Shown in pieces: positions 56,718 to 64,000 of a stretch of DNA of 64,000 bases (position 1 is its first letter; each line of letters starts with the position of its first letter). The notes under the pieces are model-generated. The model had not been told where the DNA came from and did not search any database. It saw nothing but the letters and a program-made list of their open reading frames with translations. The stretch covers positions 12,551 to 76,550 of the forward strand of contig JANPKD010000028.1 of assembly GCA_031425835.1 (NCBI GenBank). Direction: 5' to 3'. Made by a program: the position numbers and the translations under genes. The DNA comes from Chitinophagales bacterium. Its GTDB lineage: Bacteria > Bacteroidota > Bacteroidia > Chitinophagales > Chitinophagaceae.

Positions 56718-56725
56718 TACTTTTG
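56718..56725 (+). promoter_or_regulatory. Bacteroidota-type -7 box TACTTTTG upstream of pckA
   Basis: Matches TAnnTTTG, 27 nt upstream of the ATG at 56753. It overlaps the ORF-track start at 56723, which supports the downstream start. Confidence 0.4.
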
Positions 56726-56752
56726 TCGCCTAACAAAAAACGATTGCCGTCT

Positions 56753-58357
56753 ATGTCAGTACCTACAATTGCCATCTCAAAGGAAACTTTGGTGAAGCTC
56801 GGTTTACGCAATACCGAAAGCATTCACTACCAATCATCGCCCGAAGAACTTGTTCAGGACACTTTACGTATGGGTGAAGGCGTTTTGACCGATACCGGGG
56901 CGTTAGCCATTAACACCGGTGAGTTTACCGGGCGTTCGCCAAAAGACAAGTTTACGGTAAAGGATGAAACCACAAAAGACACCGTGGACTGGAACACCTT
57001 CAACATTCCGATTGACGAAAAGTATTTTCACATTGTTCACAAACAAATAATGGAATACTTAGGCGAGCGGCCCGAAATATGGGTGCGTGACTGTTACGCC
57101 TGCGCCGACAAACGTTACAGAACCAACATTAGAGTAATAACCGAAAAACCGTGGACCAATTTGTTTGCATACAACATGTTTTTGCGTCCGGAGGAAAACG
57201 AACTGGAAGATTTTATTCCGGAGTGGCATGTAATATCTGCTCCCGGATTAATGCTTGATGCACAGGAAACAGGTACACGCCAGCACAACGGTGCCATTGT
57301 ATCGTTCAAACACAAAACTATTTTGATTGCGGGCACCGGCTACACCGGAGAAACAAAAAAAGGAATCTTTACTATTCTCAATTACATATTGCCGCACGAA
57401 AAAAATGTTTTGAGTATGCATTGCTCGGCAAACATGGGTGCCGATGGCGACACGGCTATTTTCTTTGGCCTCAGCGGTACCGGAAAAACAACCCTTAGTG
57501 CCGACCCCGCAAGAAAATTAATTGGCGATGACGAACATGGGTGGACAGATGATGGCGTATTTAATTTTGAAGGTGGCTGTTATGCAAAACTCATTAATCT
57601 GTCGGCCGATAAAGAACCCGAGATTTTTAATGCTATCAGGCCCGGCGCCATTGTAGAAAACGTGCAATTCTTTGAAGGCACTAACCGCATCAATTTTGAT
57701 GATGGTTCTATAACTGAGAATACAAGAGTGTCGTATCCGCTGCACTTTATTTCCAACGCAGTTACTCCATCCATTGGTGGCACTCCCAAAAATATTTTCT
57801 TTTTAACCTGCGATGCTTATGGTGTACTGCCACCCATTTCCAGGCTCAATAAATCGCAGACCATGTACCAGTTTATTTGTGGCTACACCGCAAAAGTTGC
57901 GGGAACAGAGGCTGGCGTTACTGAACCAAAGCCAACATTCAGCGCTTGTTTTGGCGCACCATTTATGCCCCTGCATCCTGCCCAATATGCAAATATGCTT
58001 GGCCACAAAATGGAGAAGGATAAAGTAAACGTGTGGTTGATAAATACCGGCTGGACAGGTGGACCCTATGGCGTGGGTAGCCGCATCAAACTTGCGTATA
58101 CAAGGGCTATGATAACAGCTGCGCTTGAAGGCAAGCTGTCGGATGTAGAAACAATCGCCGACCCTGTATTTGGTTTTGCGGTACCGAAAGAAGTGCCGGG
58201 TGTACCTACAGAGTTACTAACCCCAAAAAATACCTGGGCCGACAAAAATGCCTTTGATGAAAAAGCAAAATACTTAGCCGGGTTATTTGTGAAAAACTTT
58301 GAGCAATATGCGGTGGATGCTTGTGACGAAACAAAAAACGCGGCGCCGAAAGTTTAA
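56753..58357 (+). CDS. pckA: Phosphoenolpyruvate carboxykinase (ATP)
   Basis: TGRSPKDKF, kinase-1a GLSGTGKTTLS, IGDDEHGW and NTGWTGG.YG.G.RI. Confidence 0.95.
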   Translation: MSVPTIAISKETLVKLGLRNTESIHYQSSPEELVQDTLRMGEGVLTDTGALAINTGEFTGRSPKDKFTVKDETTKDTVDWNTFNIPIDEKYFHIVHKQIMEYLGERPEIWVRDCYACADKRYRTNIRVITEKPWTNLFAYNMFLRPEENELEDFIPEWHVISAPGLMLDAQETGTRQHNGAIVSFKHKTILIAGTGYTGETKKGIFTILNYILPHEKNVLSMHCSANMGADGDTAIFFGLSGTGKTTLSADPARKLIGDDEHGWTDDGVFNFEGGCYAKLINLSADKEPEIFNAIRPGAIVENVQFFEGTNRINFDDGSITENTRVSYPLHFISNAVTPSIGGTPKNIFFLTCDAYGVLPPISRLNKSQTMYQFICGYTAKVAGTEAGVTEPKPTFSACFGAPFMPLHPAQYANMLGHKMEKDKVNVWLINTGWTGGPYGVGSRIKLAYTRAMITAALEGKLSDVETIADPVFGFAVPKEVPGVPTELLTPKNTWADKNAFDEKAKYLAGLFVKNFEQYAVDACDETKNAAPKV

Positions 58358-58383
58358 TTTTTGTTTTGGATAATGAATTTGAA

Positions 58384-58410
58384 AACCCTTTGTAGTGAAG
58401 GGTTTTTTTG
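58384..58410 (+). terminator. Intrinsic terminator of pckA
   Basis: AACCCTT-tgtagtg-AAGGGTT followed by T5. Confidence 0.75.
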
Positions 58411-58641
58411 TTGGGTGAAATGGAGTATAACATTAGGTGCGGTAAAGCTTCATGGGTCTTTGGCAAAGTAGAAGTTTTTCAGAACACGGACGCCGTCGGG
58501 CAAAGCCTATGGCGGCGGACGATTAGACTGATGCAACGGATGAAGACACATTTATTTTGCTTCGCAACATTTGGAATGGCGATGCCCCGTTAACTTTAGG
58601 CACCTGTCTGCGTAAAATTTTAAAGACTTAATCATCAATGC

Positions 58642-59229
58642 ATGAATGAACAGAATACGCTCCAACTAAACTTCAAACCCTTTCCACTATTGCAAACGGT
58701 ACGCCTGAACCTCCGTCAAATAAGAATGGCCGATTTGGGAGAAATTTTCTTGTTACGCTCTCATAAAGCAGTACTTAAATACCTGCATCGTGCACCTGCC
58801 AAAAATGAAGAGGAAGCGGGCACCTTTATTATAAATCTAAGAGATTGGGAAAAAAAAACTTCGGGAATAACCTGGGGCCTGTGTACTAAAGAAAGTAATA
58901 AAATAATTGGTACCATTTGTTTTTGGAACATTGATAAAGCAAACCTGCGGGCCGAAATTGGTTATGCAATGCACCCGAAACAGCAGGGTAAAGGTTTTAT
59001 ACAGGAGGCAATGGATAAAATTTTGCGCTACGGTTTTGAAGTGATGCAACTTCATTCGGTGGAAGCACATGTGTCTGCGCAAAACCAGCCTTCTATTAAA
59101 CTGCTGCAAAAAAATGGCTTTGTGCAAGAGGCATATTTTAAAGAGAATATTTTTTTCGATGGAGGCTTTAGCGATTCGGCTGTGTATAGTTTGCTGCGGC
59201 AAAATTTTTTGCATAAGGAACGGGCTTAG
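58642..59229 (+). CDS. GNAT-family N-acetyltransferase (RimJ/RimL-like)
   Basis: TERL.LR-like N-terminus (TVRLNLRQI), the acetyl-CoA motif QGKGFIQEAMDKILRYGF and a LQKNGF end. Confidence 0.8.
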   Translation: MNEQNTLQLNFKPFPLLQTVRLNLRQIRMADLGEIFLLRSHKAVLKYLHRAPAKNEEEAGTFIINLRDWEKKTSGITWGLCTKESNKIIGTICFWNIDKANLRAEIGYAMHPKQQGKGFIQEAMDKILRYGFEVMQLHSVEAHVSAQNQPSIKLLQKNGFVQEAYFKENIFFDGGFSDSAVYSLLRQNFLHKERA

Positions 59230-59296
59230 CCAATCTTCTTGCATAGCTAAATGCAGCATCATGGTGTAAAAAATATTTTAAAAGAGGTGTTTCTTG

Positions 59297-61477
59297 TTAG
59301 TAAGCCAACAATTTTTTTAGCCGTTCTTCAACCATAGTTGCGTTCGGCAACATAGCTGCTTCAAGGCCCATATTCAATGGCACCGCGGGTAAATTAAGTG
59401 CACCCAGTACATCAACCGGCGCATCTAAAAATTGAAAACAGTGTTTTGAAATGCGGCCCGCTAATGCTTCGGCAAAAGAATTGTTTTGTTGTTCTTCGGT
59501 TAACACCAAACATTTGCCATGCTTTTTTACGGTTGCAAATACAAGTTCTTCATCAAGCGGAAATAAAGTTCTTAGATCAACAATTTCTACGCGGCCCGTT
59601 AATTCATTTTTTGCCGCGGCTTTGGCCCAATACACTCCCATACCATAAGTAATTACACAAACGCTTTCACCACTTGCAACCAAATCGTTTTCAGCTTGCA
59701 AAACAATGTTTGCTTTACCAAACGGCAGTATATAATCGGCGGATGGTTCAATGGTTCTTGCCTCTTCGGTACCAGGCACTTTGCTCCAGTACAAACCTTT
59801 GTGCTCCAGCATCACCACCGGGTTGGGGTCGTAATAAGCGGCTTTCATTAGCCCTTTCATATCGGCGGCATTGGATGGATACGCTATCTTAATTCCTTTG
59901 ATGGAAAGCAAGGTGGTTTCAATGCTGCCGCTGTGATATGGTCCGCCGCCACCATAGGCACCAATGGGTACACGAATGATTGTTGATACAGGAAATTTTC
60001 CGCAGGTGAGGTAGCAGGATTTTGAAATTTCTGTTACCAACTGGTTGAAGCCGGGATAGATGTAATCGGCAAATTGCACTTCTACTATTGGTCGTAAACC
60101 TACAGCACTCATGCCCACCGTTGATCCGATGATATACGCTTCCTGTACAGCAGTATTAAAAACCCTGTCGTCGCCAAATTGTTCGCCTAAAGTTGCTGCT
60201 TCACGAAACACACCGCCAAGGCGTTTACCCACATCCTGCCCATACAAAACACATTCCTTATGTTCCTGCATTAATTCACGAATGGCAAAAAGTGCGGCAT
60301 CAACCATCATCACCTTTTCTTTCCCGGTACCATTTGTTGCCGGAACTCTTTCTCCCCTCTCTTCTGTAACCGGTGTAGGGGCAAAAACAAAATCGCTTAC
60401 GGTATCAATGGCAGGTTCTTTTGCGGCAACTGCTTTCTCAAATTGTTGTTTAATTTCTTCTTTCACTTCTTCATCCACCTGTTGCAAATAGGCCTCACCA
60501 AAATCGGCAGCAATCGCCTGCCTGAACTTTGGGAACGGGTCTAACCGTGCATGTTTGGCAAGATCCTCATCACTTCTGTAAAATTCCTTTCGCACACCAC
60601 TTGTATGGTGATTGAGCAGACAACATTTTGCATGAACCAACCAGGGTTTTCCATTTGCCCGCACATGGTTAATCACCTTGCGCATGGTGTGATAGCTCTC
60701 AAAAAAATCAGTGCCATCCACACGTATTTTGTTCAACCCTTTAAATCCTTCTGCATATTCAAATGCATCCATGGCTCTGCCTTCCTCAGCCGACACACTA
60801 ATACCCCATTCATTATCCTGCACCAAATAAATTATGGGCAGTTGTTTTAAAACAGCAAACTGTAAAGCCTCTGCTACTTCTCCTTCTGTAATTGATGCAT
60901 CGCCTAATGAACAAACAACAACAGGGGCCCCAGCATCCGGCCCCCCCACCCCCCAAAGGGGGGATTTGCCACCGCTCAGACCCTCGCTTTTCGGAGACCC
61001 AAATTCGTATGATGCCGCATCATGTATAAGTGTGGGCTGTGTGTTGGAAATTTCCCCCTTGGGGGACAGGGAAGCCTTGTATTTTAGTGCCTGCGCCACA
61101 CCTGTTGTAGGTATCACCTGCATACCTGTTGCACTGCTTTGATGAATGATTTTTGGTTTGTCTTCCTCCAAAGAATTGGGGTGCGAATAATAACTTCTGC
61201 CACCGGTAAAAGCATCATCGGCTTTTGTAAGCAACTGCAACATTAACTGGTACGGTGTATAACCAAGGCCGAGCAACATACTTTCGTCGCGGTAGTATGG
61301 GCTAACCCAATCTTGTGCTTGCAAGTTGAACGCGGTAGCCAACTGAATAGCCTCGTGACCGCGGGAGGTGGAGTGGACATATTTGGTGATGGTTCTGTTG
61401 GCCTCGAAAGTTTCCGACATTCGTTGTGCAGCCACCATCAACCGATACGTTTTCAACAATAGGTTTCTCTCAATCAT
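59297..61477 (-). CDS. Fused alpha/beta E1 component of a 2-oxoacid dehydrogenase (TPP-dependent)
   Basis: The N-terminal alpha-like half carries the TPP motif SLGDASITEGE...VQDNEWGIS. The C-terminal half has transketolase-pyrimidine and C-terminal domains (GQDVG..GGVF, FADYIYPGFNQ). It contains an in-frame palindromic insert, described in the findings. Confidence 0.85.
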   Translation of the reverse strand: MIERNLLLKTYRLMVAAQRMSETFEANRTITKYVHSTSRGHEAIQLATAFNLQAQDWVSPYYRDESMLLGLGYTPYQLMLQLLTKADDAFTGGRSYYSHPNSLEEDKPKIIHQSSATGMQVIPTTGVAQALKYKASLSPKGEISNTQPTLIHDAASYEFGSPKSEGLSGGKSPLWGVGGPDAGAPVVVCSLGDASITEGEVAEALQFAVLKQLPIIYLVQDNEWGISVSAEEGRAMDAFEYAEGFKGLNKIRVDGTDFFESYHTMRKVINHVRANGKPWLVHAKCCLLNHHTSGVRKEFYRSDEDLAKHARLDPFPKFRQAIAADFGEAYLQQVDEEVKEEIKQQFEKAVAAKEPAIDTVSDFVFAPTPVTEERGERVPATNGTGKEKVMMVDAALFAIRELMQEHKECVLYGQDVGKRLGGVFREAATLGEQFGDDRVFNTAVQEAYIIGSTVGMSAVGLRPIVEVQFADYIYPGFNQLVTEISKSCYLTCGKFPVSTIIRVPIGAYGGGGPYHSGSIETTLLSIKGIKIAYPSNAADMKGLMKAAYYDPNPVVMLEHKGLYWSKVPGTEEARTIEPSADYILPFGKANIVLQAENDLVASGESVCVITYGMGVYWAKAAAKNELTGRVEIVDLRTLFPLDEELVFATVKKHGKCLVLTEEQQNNSFAEALAGRISKHCFQFLDAPVDVLGALNLPAVPLNMGLEAAMLPNATMVEERLKKLLAY
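60938..61075. repeat. Inverted pair of REP-like modules lying in frame inside the E1 gene
   Basis: CCCCCCAAAGGGGGG (60949-63) and CCCCCTTGGGGG (61054-65) hairpins. The left module CCCCCCAAAGGGGGGATTTGCCACCGCTCAGACCC aligns with the reverse complement of the right module CCCCCAAGGGGGAAATTTCCAACACACAGCCC. The central palindrome ATGATGC-C-GCATCAT is at 61009-23. Confidence 0.6.
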
Positions 61478-61570
61478 ATAGCTTAAATGTTGGCAAATGT
61501 AAAGAATAAGGTTCCCTGCATTTAGATGCTCTGCCTTTAAGCAAAAACAATCACCTTGTTAAAAACAGAA

Positions 61571-61598
61571 AAGCCCAACAATTTTTTTGCTTGGGCTT
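61571..61598 (-). terminator. Intrinsic terminator of the FAH-family gene
   Basis: AAGCCCAA / TTGGGCTT stem. On the minus strand it is followed by TTTTCTGTTTTT. Confidence 0.6.
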
Positions 61599-61675
61599 TT
61601 AAGAAGCTTTTATTTGGAGCGTGTAGAAATGGAGTGCATGCACGAGTGATCGGCTGGCTAAGCATTCAGAAGCTA

Positions 61676-62287
61676 TTATTTCACCTCCATCGTCAGTAAA
61701 CTTTCTCCATCAAGGAAGGCCTCCAAATCATCGCCTACAACCAACTCACCAACTCCTTTTGGCGTGCCGGTGAATACCAGGTCGCCAATATTTACAGAGA
61801 AGTAATTCGAGATGTAGGAGATGATGTAGTCGAAATCAAAAATCATGTCTTTCGAATTACCCACCTGTACTTCTTCTTTACTTTTATTAAGTGTAAAAGC
61901 AATTTCTTTTTTGTTTTTAAGATTGGCAATGGGTATCCACTTACCGATAACAGCCGAGTTATCCCAGGCCTTTGCTTTTTCCCAGGGAAGGCCCTTGGCT
62001 TTTAAGTCGTTTTGAATATCCCGGGCGGTAAAATCAATGCCAGTGGTTACAGCATCATAGTACTTGCCGGCAAATTTGTCCTGTATATACTTGCCGTTTT
62101 TTGAAATGCGTAATACCAGCTCGCACTCGTAATGCAATTCATTGGTAAACTCTGGGTAATAAAAGGGAGTGTGTGGCTGTAACAAAGCACTTTTGGGCTT
62201 CATAAAAATTACAGGTTCATCGGGTATACCATTCCCTAATTCTTTAGCATGATCGGCATAATTGCGGCCTACACAAAAAATTTTCAT
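61676..62287 (-). CDS. Fumarylacetoacetate hydrolase family protein
   Basis: MKIFCVGRNYADHAKELG start, with E.ELV, DFTARD and GDLVFTGTP.GVG motifs. The start is moved to the ATG at 62287. Confidence 0.85.
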   Translation of the reverse strand: MKIFCVGRNYADHAKELGNGIPDEPVIFMKPKSALLQPHTPFYYPEFTNELHYECELVLRISKNGKYIQDKFAGKYYDAVTTGIDFTARDIQNDLKAKGLPWEKAKAWDNSAVIGKWIPIANLKNKKEIAFTLNKSKEEVQVGNSKDMIFDFDYIISYISNYFSVNIGDLVFTGTPKGVGELVVGDDLEAFLDGESLLTMEVK

Positions 62288-62429
62288 AAAGAAGTTCTTT
62301 AGTTTAAATACGAAAGGATATCCAAAGCACGGGCTTGTCATCCATACTATTTATGGCTTTGCAAGAATGAGGGATTTTACAGGGAAATTTTTAGGCTGGT
62401 GCGCTAAAGTAAATAAATAGAATTACTTC

Positions 62430-63005
62430 TCATAGCCTTATTTCAACATTGTTGATTTTGCTCATTGCATTTTGCATCCCACTAGTGGCAAATGTTTCAA
62501 TAGCGTCAACCGAAATATCAATTTTCTTCTTCACTAACGGTTCTTCAGCAGCCAGCCATTTGCTTAACACAAAATCTGCCTGGCGTCCTTTTGGAAAATC
62601 GTTTCCTACACCAAATCTCAACTTAGCATACTCCGTTGTTTCCAAGGTTTCCTGAATGCTGCGCAACCCATTATGCCCCGCATGGCTGCCAGCGGCTCGT
62701 AGCCTGATTTTTTCCAGTGGCAGCGCAATGTCATCAACAATCACCAACAGATTTTGTATTTCAATCTTCTCTTTATCCAGCCAATACTTTACAGCTTTAC
62801 CACTTAGGTTCATGTAAGTAGTTGGGCAAACGCAAATAAATATTTTCCCTTTCCATCTTATTTCCGCGGTGTATGCAAGTCTGTCCTGCTTTAAAATGCC
62901 GCCATGTTTTGTAACAACAGCCATAACTACATCAAAGCCTATGTTATGCCGGGTATGGGCATACTCGGCACCAACATTTCCTAAGCCAGCTATTAAAAAT
63001 TTCAT
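62430..63005 (-). CDS. pth: Peptidyl-tRNA hydrolase
   Basis: MKFLIAGLGNVGAEYAHTRHNIGF, YMNLSGKAV and GSHAGHNGLRSI. The start is moved to the ATG at 63005. The ORF-track extension runs through the rplY tail repeats in another frame. Confidence 0.93.
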   Translation of the reverse strand: MKFLIAGLGNVGAEYAHTRHNIGFDVVMAVVTKHGGILKQDRLAYTAEIRWKGKIFICVCPTTYMNLSGKAVKYWLDKEKIEIQNLLVIVDDIALPLEKIRLRAAGSHAGHNGLRSIQETLETTEYAKLRFGVGNDFPKGRQADFVLSKWLAAEEPLVKKKIDISVDAIETFATSGMQNAMSKINNVEIRL

Positions 63006-63096
63006 GGCTGCAAATATACAGAGGCAGGTGGGCAGCCTGCAGTGCATAAAAAAATCCTCTCTGCAAAAACAGAGAGGATTACACTTAAAAAAGTAT

Positions 63097-63753
63097 TTAC
63101 TTTTTGCCCGCAGCTTTTGCTGGTGCGGCTTTAGCCGGAGCAGCAGCAGCCGTTTTAGCCGGAGCAGCAGCAGCGGTTTTTGCTGGTGCCGTAGACTCTT
63201 CCTGGCGCAATGCACGGGTTGTAACTATTGATACAATTGGAATGCGGGGTGAGTTGAGCACCTCGTAATTATCAACCTTAACGTCCTGTACACGCAGGTT
63301 CTCGCCAATTTCAAGCTTATCAATTTCTACTTCAATTTGTTCTTTCAGGTACTTTGGAAAGGTTTTTACTTTCAGCGATTTCATCTTAGTTACCATACGG
63401 CCACCAGCTTTTACGCCAGCCGCAGCGCCGATAAACTTTAAGGGAATTTGGGCGATGATTTTTTTGTCATCCACCAATTCCAGCAAGTCCACATGCAGCA
63501 AGTCATCACTTACTTTATGAAACTGCAGGTCTTTTAAAATGCAACGATAGGTTGTTCCATCAACCGTAACATTGGCTAATTGGAAATTTGGTGTGTAAAC
63601 CAACGACTTAAAAGCCTTGGCCGGAGCGGAAAAATTAATTTCCTGCGCACCCCCGTAAATTACACCAGGCACCATTTCCTGAGAGCGAAGCTGGCGGGTG
63701 GCTGACTTGCCATGTTCGGTCCTCAGTTGTCCTTCGATCGTAATTGTCTTCAT
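63097..63753 (-). CDS. rplY: 50S ribosomal protein L25 / general stress protein Ctc, with an Ala/Lys-rich repeat tail
   Basis: RTEHGKSATRQLR...VPGVIYGG L25 core plus the Ctc beta-barrel domain. The tail APAKTAAAAPAKTAAAAPAKAAPAKAAGKK is encoded by a 2 x 24-nt tandem repeat at 63131-63178. Confidence 0.92.
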   Translation of the reverse strand: MKTITIEGQLRTEHGKSATRQLRSQEMVPGVIYGGAQEINFSAPAKAFKSLVYTPNFQLANVTVDGTTYRCILKDLQFHKVSDDLLHVDLLELVDDKKIIAQIPLKFIGAAAGVKAGGRMVTKMKSLKVKTFPKYLKEQIEVEIDKLEIGENLRVQDVKVDNYEVLNSPRIPIVSIVTTRALRQEESTAPAKTAAAAPAKTAAAAPAKAAPAKAAGKK

Positions 63754-63864
63754 TTTTATGATTGTTTAAGATTTGAAAAACCAGTGAAAGTCAAATGGGT
63801 CATACCTGTCATAAGCGTCATCGTTTCTATCAGGACTCCATTTGACCGCTTTGACTACTTTGAC

Positions 63865-64000
63865 TTACTTATCCCTCCGCTGCGAGTGAAAAAAGAGGTT
63901 ATTAATACTCTTGTTTTCGTAGGCATTGCGTATGGCCACAGCAAAAAGATCGGCGGTGCTTATCACCTTAATTTTTTCCGACTTCTGTTTTAGTGGAATG
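63865..64000 (-). CDS. prs: Ribose-phosphate pyrophosphokinase, C-terminal fragment (continues beyond the window)
   Basis: Hand translation of the minus strand from 63999 gives IPLKQKSEKIKVISTADLFAVAIRNAYENKSINNLFFHSQRRDK-stop. This matches the conserved Prs C-terminus, and the prs-rplY-pth order is the conserved one. Confidence 0.75.
   Translation of the reverse strand, partial: IPLKQKSEKIKVISTADLFAVAIRNAYENKSINNLFFHSQRRDK

Overview
This looks like a chromosomal window from a Bacteroidota genome, probably Chitinophagaceae/Sphingobacteriia-like. That inference rests on two T9SS type-B C-terminal sorting domains, SprB-type repeats, a TIGR02436-type four-helix-bundle gene, a TAnnTTTG -7 box and few Shine-Dalgarno sequences. 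I can support about 52 protein genes. One is partial, and one is a 55-aa gene below the ORF-track cutoff. I also support one tRNA-Ala(GGC), several intrinsic terminators and several palindromic repeat elements. I found no rRNA, CRISPR, transposase, integrase or recognisable defence genes. Housekeeping genes are lysA, scpB, atpG, secA, rsmG, tgt, lptF/G-family, citrate synthase, rsmI, purS, pssA, pckA, pth, rplY and prs. Many ORF-track entries are antisense shadows or carry spurious N-terminal extensions, and I give corrected starts. The main hunt result is an apparent sigma-54-centred regulon. rpoN sits with an NtrC-type enhancer-binding protein and a soluble REC-PAS-histidine kinase at 29.1-34.0 kb. 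Canonical GG-N10-GC promoters lie in front of a leaderless glycosyltransferase / UDP-galactopyranose mutase / GH-RmlD-fusion operon and in front of an iron-permease / topoisomerase IB operon. A near-canonical site faces the Ku / LigD(PE+Pol) operon. A recurrent variant with the same geometry, TGGYA-N6-TTTN, sits upstream of at least nine general-stress-type genes (YtxH, DUF1328, DUF326, DUF2383, DUF892, a YdaD-like SDR, a receiver protein and small hydrophilic ORFs). Secondary observations are an inverted REP-like pair inserted in frame in a fused E1 dehydrogenase gene, three further nested palindromic or MITE-like intergenic elements, an atpG gene without atpA preceded by an unexplained structured 430-nt spacer, and a possible small RNA between convergent genes. 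All functional calls come from reading the translated sequences and motifs. No database search was run.
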